Origin: Desulfobacterales bacterium
GTDB taxonomy: Bacteria; Desulfobacterota; Desulfobacteria; Desulfobacterales; UBA11574
Direction: 5' to 3'
DNA length: 64,000 nt
NCBI GenBank assembly: GCA_022340885.1
Contig: JAJDND010000107.1
Span: 9,722 to 73,721 of the forward strand
The notes beneath the pieces are model-generated. The model was not told the DNA's origin. It saw only the letters and a list, made by a program, of their open reading frames with translations, and ran no database searches. This document shows, in pieces, positions 57,318 to 64,000 of the stretch (positions are counted from its first letter, which is position 1; the number at the start of each line of letters is the position of its first letter). The translations under genes and the position numbers were made by a program.

Positions 57318-60035
57318 CTAATGGGGTGCCGGACCTTCTGTGACCTGGACCAGGCTTTTGACCCGAAGCTGCCTGACAAATGCCGATTTGACCTGTTGGG
57401 CCGTCAGTGCCATATAGCGTTTTGCGGCTCGGCTCGGTTCGTCCAAAGGAAGGTCCAGGACCGACCGGTGGATGTACCCCCGGGCAATGCTTCCCAAGCT
57501 TGATTCGGCCAGCGGAATTTCTCTCAACAGCATCGCTTTTGCCCGCCGTAGCTCAATGGGGCTAACCAGTTGCGTTTGCATCATTTTCAAGTTTCGTTCT
57601 ACGATGGCGCGCGCCCGAGAGACGTTGGATGGGTCACTGGCGTAAGTCACCGCAAAGGTGCTGCGGGTTTTACCCGCTTCCAGATCTACTCCGACAGAAT
57701 ACACCAGACCGGTTTGCTCGCGCAGGTCCCGGTACAGACGTGTGGCATAAAACCCGCCGCCCAGCACGTGATTGCCCAGATTCAGGGCATAGTAATCCGG
57801 ATCCGAACGGGTTATGCCCAGAGTTTCGGCCAGTATGACCTCATCCTGAATCCGGCTGGTGTCCGGAACGTTGACGGTGGAAGGAGCGTTTGACGGTACA
57901 CGGGGAAGCAAAAGGTCGGGTTTTTTACCGACGGCTTTCCAGGCGCCGAAGTATTTGTTTATGACCGACGCTGCCTTTTCGGGCGTCACGTTTCCGATGA
58001 TCACGATAACGGTCTCGTCGGGCCGAATAACAGTGCTATAGTAATTTCGAACATCCTTTAATGTCAGCGCGGCCACAGTTTTCGGCGTGGCCCAGTGCAA
58101 GGCAGGATCGTGCCGGGGCAACAAAGCGGTTTTCAGTGTCCGGTGGGTCAATACATCGGGACTTTGCTCTTTTCCCGCAGCAATGGCTTTGACCTGGCCT
58201 CGGACGATTTTGAATGCCGTATCCGGCAGGGCCGGATGCAGCAAGTCGTCCGCCAGCAACTGTACCCCTCGATCGAAATGACCCGTCAGAACCTGCAAAG
58301 AAAAATCCGTTCCCACGGAAACGTTTGCGGCGATGTCATCCAGGGCTTTTTGATAGGCCTTCCGGCTCATTGTTTTGGTTCCGTAACCATAGAGTCCGTC
58401 CAGAACCTCGTCGACGCCTTCCTTGCCGGGAGGTGTTTGCAGGTATGGATTGTTCTTAACATGTCCGTATATGCTCACCGTATGGCTGACGGACTCCGGT
58501 TGAACAATCAGTTTGATACCGTTGGGCAACGATTTTACTACGGGATTGAGATTCGAGGTGGGAATAGACAGGCGCTTCAATGCCTTGCTCGCCCAGTCCG
58601 GCAATACGATGTTGCGAGTTTGGGGCAATGTAAACTTCTCCTTGCCCGTGTAATTTCGCGCGGATGCGGGTTTTCCAGAAGCTTCCGGTGTGAGAACGGC
58701 AACCACCGCATGGTCCAAATCAAGATAACGGCGTGCCACCCGGTTCACATCATCTGCAGATACGCGGGAGATGGCTTTCAGGTCATCTTCGGGAGACCTG
58801 CGTCCTTCTACCCCCAAAGCCTGTGACCAGGCCATGGAGAGTCCGAAAACAGAGTTTTTTTCAAATTCAGCGCTTGCCAGTTCCTGTCGCTTTGCCGCTT
58901 CCACCAGGTCCGACCGAACCCCGTCTTTCACATAATGGCGCAAAACAGTGCGGAGGTTTTTTAAAACCTCATCGACACGGCCGTCCTTGGGAAATGCAGC
59001 GACTACGTATCCCAAACCCGCCTTGGAAAATGTGTCCAGGTTGAAATCGACATTCAGAACTTTCCCTTCCACACTCAATTGATACAGGTCTCCGCGCTGA
59101 CTGTTGAGAACATCTTCAAGCACCTGGCTGGCGGCATAATTCGGACTGTCATAGCCGGGCAGACGAAAAGCCATGATGGCCAATCCATAGGGGAGGTCGC
59201 TTTTAAGCCGAATAGTTTCAGGCTTTATGGGATTCAAGCGAACGTCCGGCCGTGGGGGAAGCTTCTTAGCAGGAATATTACCGAAATAAGTTTTGATCAG
59301 CTTGAGCGCATACTTGGGTTGAACGTCTCCCACGATAATCAGGGTCGCATTGTTGGGAGCGTACCAGGTGTCATAAAATTTTTTGAGCATGGCGCCTGTG
59401 GTTTTTTCGAATGAAGCATGAGTGCCCAACGCATCATGGGCATATGGCGTACCTTTAAACATGGCTGCCAGAAGACGGGTGTAGAAGATATATTCGGGAC
59501 TGGAATAATCCTGGGCCACCTCCTGTTCGATGGCGCCGCGTTCTTTTTGCCAGAGCTTCTCGCTGTCTATCACGCCACTCATGCGAATGGCTTCGATGCG
59601 CAGGGCAATATCCAGGTACTGCGACGGGATGCTGAAAAAGTATTGCGTGACGGATTGCTGGGTGTCGGCGTCAAACATGCCGCCCATGGCTGCGGTAATA
59701 TCGGCGAGCTGACCGGCCGACAAACCCGGATTCCCGCGGAACATCATATGTTCCTGGGCATGTGCCATACCGGGAAACCTACGCGGCGCTTCGTTGGATC
59801 CCACTTTGTAATTGACAACGGTAGCCACCACCGGCGCAATGGGATTGCGAACGATAACCACCCGCAGCCCATTGTCCAAAACCGCCCGGGTTACGGTCTT
59901 GTCGGTATTTTTATGCGCAGCGGCCTCTGAGAGACCGGGTGTCAATCCCAAAAGGGCGACAACCATCCCAATCCATACAAAATTTAAAATCGCCGGTTTC
60001 CAGGTGTTGGCGGATCTCAGCATGATCAATTTCAT
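57318..60035 (-). CDS. Secreted M16-family (pitrilysin/insulinase-like) zinc peptidase, two fused M16 units
   Basis: AAGGAGG lies 8 nt before the ATG at 60035 (MKLIMLRSANTWKPAILNFVWIGMVVALLG, a signal/anchor). It has the inverted zinc motif HAQEHMMFRG. A second, inactive-type M16 half lies in the C-terminal 450 aa. Confidence 0.85.
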   Translation of the reverse strand: MKLIMLRSANTWKPAILNFVWIGMVVALLGLTPGLSEAAAHKNTDKTVTRAVLDNGLRVVIVRNPIAPVVATVVNYKVGSNEAPRRFPGMAHAQEHMMFRGNPGLSAGQLADITAAMGGMFDADTQQSVTQYFFSIPSQYLDIALRIEAIRMSGVIDSEKLWQKERGAIEQEVAQDYSSPEYIFYTRLLAAMFKGTPYAHDALGTHASFEKTTGAMLKKFYDTWYAPNNATLIIVGDVQPKYALKLIKTYFGNIPAKKLPPRPDVRLNPIKPETIRLKSDLPYGLAIMAFRLPGYDSPNYAASQVLEDVLNSQRGDLYQLSVEGKVLNVDFNLDTFSKAGLGYVVAAFPKDGRVDEVLKNLRTVLRHYVKDGVRSDLVEAAKRQELASAEFEKNSVFGLSMAWSQALGVEGRRSPEDDLKAISRVSADDVNRVARRYLDLDHAVVAVLTPEASGKPASARNYTGKEKFTLPQTRNIVLPDWASKALKRLSIPTSNLNPVVKSLPNGIKLIVQPESVSHTVSIYGHVKNNPYLQTPPGKEGVDEVLDGLYGYGTKTMSRKAYQKALDDIAANVSVGTDFSLQVLTGHFDRGVQLLADDLLHPALPDTAFKIVRGQVKAIAAGKEQSPDVLTHRTLKTALLPRHDPALHWATPKTVAALTLKDVRNYYSTVIRPDETVIVIIGNVTPEKAASVINKYFGAWKAVGKKPDLLLPRVPSNAPSTVNVPDTSRIQDEVILAETLGITRSDPDYYALNLGNHVLGGGFYATRLYRDLREQTGLVYSVGVDLEAGKTRSTFAVTYASDPSNVSRARAIVERNLKMMQTQLVSPIELRRAKAMLLREIPLAESSLGSIARGYIHRSVLDLPLDEPSRAAKRYMALTAQQVKSAFVRQLRVKSLVQVTEGPAPH

Positions 60036-60311
60036 CCTCATGTCCTCCTTCATTAAAAGGCCCATGAAACAGCCTAAATTTTCCATTACTTATGATTTGA
60101 TTTAGCCCAAAAAATATGTTGCGAAAGGTCGATCTTTTTTCCATGCGCGGGATACATTCTTAAAATTCAATCGATTCAGGTAAAACATAGACATAACCCT
60201 AATGGATTGTAAGGAGAGTTCATCCGATTTTGCTGTAGGAATATGCAGCTATTTTTTGTCGGTATTTGTCCTGCAAAACGGATTTTGAAGATTTTTAGAA
60301 GAGAAGTAAAT

Positions 60312-61649
60312 TTATAATAGCTCCCTGTAGATCTCAACAGGATGTTTGACCACGATTTTATCTGCAGATCGGGACATCATATCGGAAATTTGGAGCATGC
60401 AGGCCGGACACCCGGTGGCAACAACGGAACATCCGGACGCTTTGATATAGTCCCTTTTTAATTTTCCTATATTCGATGACAGTTTATAATGTTGCAGATT
60501 AAAACTCCCTCCCAATCCGCAACACCAGTCCGCTTCAGGCATTTCTTTGAGTCGGTATGCGGGATTTGCATTGATCAGCGCCCTGGGTTCGGCAGCCACG
60601 CCCAGTGATTTTTTAAGATGGCAGGGATCATGAAAGGTTACGTCAACGGCAGTGTTCGAGTCCTCGATGCCACCCTTTTCCAGCCCGACCTTTGATACCA
60701 GTAACTGACTGATATCCAAGGTTTTTTGAGCGATTTCATCAACCTTGGTTTGGATTGAATCGGATATTTTATCCGCCATCATCGGCCAAATTTTCTTGAT
60801 CGTCGACGTGCAGGTGGCACACGCCGTAACCATGTAGTCAAACTTTTCGGCATCGAATATTTCTAGATGATAACGAACAAGACGGTTAAAGGTTTTCAGG
60901 TCTCCGGAGGAAATGGCCGGTATCCCGCAGCAGCCTTGCTTTTGAGGCATGAAAACACCGACTTCATGATAATTTAATACATCGATTACATCCTGGGCGA
61001 GTTGCGGAAAAATTTTATCGATAAGGCATCCGACGAAAAAGAATACTTTCAGGCCGGAACGCCCTTTGTCAGTATTTAACGAAGCTGTTTGTCGGTGAAA
61101 CGGCACCGTCGCCAAGGGCATGAAATGCCGATCTTTCAGCAGCGGTGAAACGAACCGGGCACAGGAAGTGCCGATAATCTCATTGGCAGGCCTCGTAAAA
61201 ATTTTCTGGAATTTTAAGCCCCATTCCGCAGCTCTGTCAAAGATTTCAGGACGCGAAAGCATCCCCCTTAAAATCAATTTCCTGGCCGGCGAAAGCCCCA
61301 TGAAACCGGTGAGAATCGCACGAGCCTTGATGAATATTTCCAAAACGCTCACACCACTGGGGCAGTTGGCCGCACATGACCCGCATAGAAGGCACTTGTT
61401 CAGGCGGTCGTAAACCCCCTGAGGATCTTTGAACATTTCCTGCAAAAGCCCGTCTAAAAGCGCCAGCTTCCCCCGGGCCACATCCGCCTCTAAGCCGGTC
61501 TCGCGAAAAAGCGGACAGACCGCCTGGCACATGCCGCACCGCATACACACCACAAGCTGGTCTTCCAGTTCCTGCATCAGTTTGGTCAACGCTTTTATTT
61601 TCGGCATTTCGTCCTCTTCATTCAATCTTTTGTCATTGAGCACCGCCAT
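60312..61649 (-). CDS. Fe-S oxidoreductase, GlcF/HdrD-like (2x[4Fe-4S] + two CCG domains)
   Basis: CMRCGMCQAVCP, CLLCGSCAANCP, and CCG motifs (KQGCCGIPA, DWCCGLGGSF). An alternative start at 61607 (MPKIKAL) has a better SD-like GAAGAGGA. Confidence 0.85.
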   Translation of the reverse strand: MAVLNDKRLNEEDEMPKIKALTKLMQELEDQLVVCMRCGMCQAVCPLFRETGLEADVARGKLALLDGLLQEMFKDPQGVYDRLNKCLLCGSCAANCPSGVSVLEIFIKARAILTGFMGLSPARKLILRGMLSRPEIFDRAAEWGLKFQKIFTRPANEIIGTSCARFVSPLLKDRHFMPLATVPFHRQTASLNTDKGRSGLKVFFFVGCLIDKIFPQLAQDVIDVLNYHEVGVFMPQKQGCCGIPAISSGDLKTFNRLVRYHLEIFDAEKFDYMVTACATCTSTIKKIWPMMADKISDSIQTKVDEIAQKTLDISQLLVSKVGLEKGGIEDSNTAVDVTFHDPCHLKKSLGVAAEPRALINANPAYRLKEMPEADWCCGLGGSFNLQHYKLSSNIGKLKRDYIKASGCSVVATGCPACMLQISDMMSRSADKIVVKHPVEIYRELL

Positions 61650-61676
61650 TGATGATGAATTGAGAAATTGTCGTAT

Positions 61677-63071
61677 TCATCGGGTATTAGAATAACCGAT
61701 GATTTTTTCCGGATTAAGGATATTATTGGGATCCATTGCGGCTTTGATACGCCTGGAATAGCGTATTGTCGCCAAGCCGGTCTCTTTCTCAAGAAAGCAG
61801 GATTTGGCAATGCCTGTTCCGTGCTCACCGGAAAGCGTTCCTCCCAACGAAAGCGCCTTGTCGAAAATAGTTTCGATGGCGGCTTCCACACGCTCCCATT
61901 CTTCTTTGTCCCTGCGATCCGTAAGAATCGTGGGGTGAAGATTGCCGTCACCGGCATGGCCAAACGTGCCGATGGAAATATCACATTGCTTGCTGATATC
62001 CTGGATGGCCCGCACCATTTCAGGAATTTTACTCCTGGGGACGGTGGCATCTTCCAGCACCACAGTCGGTTTTAATTTTGCCAGCGCCGAAAGCGCGCTT
62101 CTTCGCGCGGCCCAGACCTTGTCTCTCTCGGCCGCATCTTTAGCCACCCGGATAGAGTCTGCCCCGATTTTTCGGCACAAGTATTCCACTTTTCCGGCAT
62201 CTTCTTCCACTTGGGCCGGATGCCCATCGACTTCTATTAACAGCAAGGCTGCGGCATCTACCGGCAGTCCGGCACGGCTGAAATCCTCGACCGCCCGGAT
62301 AGTGAAATTGTCCATAAATTCCAGGGTGGCCGGCACAATCCGATGGGCGATGACGGCGGCCACGGTTTCAGAAGCCCTGTCCATATCATTGAAAACGGCA
62401 AACATGGCTTTTTGACGGGCTGGCGGTGGAATCAGCTTCAAGGTAATCTCATTGAATACCCCCAGGGTGCCTTCCGAGCCAACCAGCAAGCCGGCCAGAT
62501 TATAGCCGGTGGCGCATTTTACGGTTTTGGACCCGGTCTTTATTGACTCGCCTTCGGCATTGAAGAATTGAAGTCCCATAACATAATCTCTGGTAACGCC
62601 ATATTTAAGACCGCGCAATCCACCCGCATTTTCGGCAACATTCCCGCCGAGGGTGGAAACCGCCTGGCTTCCCGGATCCGGCGGATAAAAAAGACCTTTG
62701 GCCTCAACAGCCGCAGCAAGTTTCGCCGTCACAACACCCGGTTGAACGATAGCATACATATCTTCCGAATTTATTTCCAATATTTTATCGAGCGCATTGG
62801 TTAAAAGCACCACCCCTCCGCGAATGGGAATCGTCCCACCGCTTAAATTCGTGCCGGCACCACGCACCGTCAGGGGCAGTTGGTTTTCGTTGCACAGGCG
62901 TACAACCCGGCTTAAAGACTCACTGTCTACAGGGCGAAGGGCAAGGGCAGGCACGACCGCTGCCAGCACAGCGGCATCGTATGAATACGTCAATAAGTCA
63001 GCCTGATCCGTGAAGACATTTTCCGCCCCGAGCACGGTTTGGAATTCTCTCAGTAACGCCGGGTTGATCAT
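61677..63071 (-). CDS. FAD-linked oxidase, GlcD/D-lactate dehydrogenase family
   Basis: A PCMH-type FAD-binding domain (LPLTVRGAGTNLSGG) and a C-terminal HAGDGNLHP / GEHGTG region. It is paired with the GlcF-like gene. Confidence 0.9.
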   Translation of the reverse strand: MINPALLREFQTVLGAENVFTDQADLLTYSYDAAVLAAVVPALALRPVDSESLSRVVRLCNENQLPLTVRGAGTNLSGGTIPIRGGVVLLTNALDKILEINSEDMYAIVQPGVVTAKLAAAVEAKGLFYPPDPGSQAVSTLGGNVAENAGGLRGLKYGVTRDYVMGLQFFNAEGESIKTGSKTVKCATGYNLAGLLVGSEGTLGVFNEITLKLIPPPARQKAMFAVFNDMDRASETVAAVIAHRIVPATLEFMDNFTIRAVEDFSRAGLPVDAAALLLIEVDGHPAQVEEDAGKVEYLCRKIGADSIRVAKDAAERDKVWAARRSALSALAKLKPTVVLEDATVPRSKIPEMVRAIQDISKQCDISIGTFGHAGDGNLHPTILTDRRDKEEWERVEAAIETIFDKALSLGGTLSGEHGTGIAKSCFLEKETGLATIRYSRRIKAAMDPNNILNPEKIIGYSNTR

Positions 63072-63324
63072 GGTTCCTCCTTGAAGTTGAATGCCGCTGT
63101 GGCGGTTCGATGCAGAATCCAGATCTGATTAAGCAAATGCAGGAAAAAGCCGAAACCATCCAAGCGATTATTTTGAAACATTTTCGTATAAATGACGATT
63201 TCAGTATACTGTGGATTTAAACAAAGCTCAAGGCGAGCTGATTGTTGTCGCCATGGAATCGGGCGTTGCGGAAGAACCCTGAAAACTTTTTAAAATCACG
63301 GGCTATGATTACATGAAATCCAAA

Positions 63325-63897
63325 TCATTTCCCTTGTTGGGGCAACCGGGATCCGGCCGGATGACCTTCAATACATATGGTGACTTCTTCATGGATGGAT
63401 TTTATCTTTCCCGGTCGCAGAATTTTGTCGGTTTTTCTCAGGTCGACGCTTTTTATGATATAGTTTTCTTCGATATGCTTGTACAGTGAGTTTAAAATAT
63501 CCTGCGGGGCATCGGGAGACGCCGGATAGGTGATATCTCTCCGAACGGTGACGGTTTCCTCGATTCGGCATTCGACGTTATGATTGGCAGGGGAAATTTC
63601 AACCGCGGCATCGGAATCTTCGCTTGTCTGGGGAATCGGCTTGAAAAATTCGCAATAATTGGCACTCGACGGCGATACGGTTTCCAGATACCGCACCCCG
63701 TATTTATTGTTTTCAAGGGTGAATATTTTGCATTTTGCAGGCTGACGGGCATTGAGAATGACACGGGTGCAGGACTCACAGGTGGCATCACGCAGCTTTT
63801 TTGAAGAGAATCCGCCGGTATTTTTCTCATCCTTTCGGGCTGATAAATAGATGTGAGAGATGCCCTCGACTCCCTTGCCGAGGATTTTCTTTTCCAT
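63325..63897 (-). CDS. Hypothetical protein (190 aa)
   Basis: An open frame with balanced composition, and GGAG lies 7 nt before the ATG. I recognise no family motif. Confidence 0.45.
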   Translation of the reverse strand: MEKKILGKGVEGISHIYLSARKDEKNTGGFSSKKLRDATCESCTRVILNARQPAKCKIFTLENNKYGVRYLETVSPSSANYCEFFKPIPQTSEDSDAAVEISPANHNVECRIEETVTVRRDITYPASPDAPQDILNSLYKHIEENYIIKSVDLRKTDKILRPGKIKSIHEEVTICIEGHPAGSRLPQQGK

Positions 63898-63957
63898 TGG
63901 GATTTACTCCTTTGACATACCCTATTGAATAATATATTGTATGTCAATAGCAAAAAC

Positions 63958-63973
63958 ATACAACATGTTGTAT
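63958..63973. promoter_or_regulatory. Perfect 16-bp palindrome ATACAACATGTTGTAT (operator candidate)
   Basis: It lies in a divergent intergenic region, 3 nt upstream of an AAGGAG RBS and 14 nt upstream of an ATG at 63987. A second inverted repeat, TTGACAT-N23-ATGTCAA, lies at 63912-63948. Confidence 0.45.
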
Positions 63974-63986
63974 TAAAGGAGCGACA

Positions 63987-64000
63987 ATGGTCAAACGAGT
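63987..64000 (+). CDS. Probable start of a plus-strand gene running off the window (MVKR...)
   Basis: AAGGAG lies 5 nt upstream of the ATG. Only 4 codons are visible. Confidence 0.3.

Noticed and set aside
63134-63152. Sigma-54-like element on the minus strand (GGCTTTTTCCTGCATTTGC) upstream of glcD
   Set aside because: The GG-to-GC spacing is 9 nt instead of 10 nt, so it does not fit the -24/-12 geometry.

Overview
This 64-kb chromosomal window is almost entirely coding. It has no rRNA, tRNA, CRISPR array, transposase or integrase. The gene content fits an anaerobic, sigma-54-rich, selenocysteine-using deltaproteobacterium of the sulfate-reducer (Desulfobacterales) type; that taxonomic call is inference from gene content only.

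The main feature is a plus-strand redox cluster at about 11.9-25.3 kb. It reads: GcvH-like Cys-rich protein, giant HdrA-type protein with a GltD/NfnB-like NAD(P)H module, MvhD, tandem HdrA, MvhD, HdrD-like (HdrC+HdrB fusion), MetV, MetF. The supplied ORF track breaks five of these genes at single in-frame TGA codons. Each TGA sits at a conserved Cys position and is followed 14-16 nt later by a GC-rich hairpin, so I read them as selenocysteine (Sec) codons with SECIS elements. A sixth such case is an AhpD-like CxxU protein at 42.5-42.8 kb.

Upstream of the cluster lie a PAS-PAS-GAF histidine kinase, an NtrC-type sigma-54 activator and an archaemetzincin-like gene. They are followed by two 100-bp-spaced palindromes and a perfect TGGCAC-N5-TTGC promoter in front of the GcvH-like gene.

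Other supported content:
- partial pstB and an ECF-type transporter
- a large N-terminal domain fused to a CPBP-type membrane protease
- a PLP decarboxylase
- a short MetE-like methyltransferase behind a SAM-I riboswitch
- a porin behind an unassigned terminator-containing leader
- thrS, rnd, and a LysR regulator divergent from a DUF169-like gene
- a Ser/Thr dehydratase and a decayed EamA pseudogene
- an acyl-CoA ligase with two family III CoA-transferases
- a NarL-type two-component system next to a P3A-type P-ATPase, a CheY-like protein and a Usp protein
- a minus-strand proteostasis block (M16 peptidase, DUF1614, DegQ, FtsH, kinase-fold protein, heptad-repeat DUF202-like protein)
- glcD/glcF-like genes

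Several intergenic spacers are built from short degenerate 'word' repeats arranged as inverted arms.
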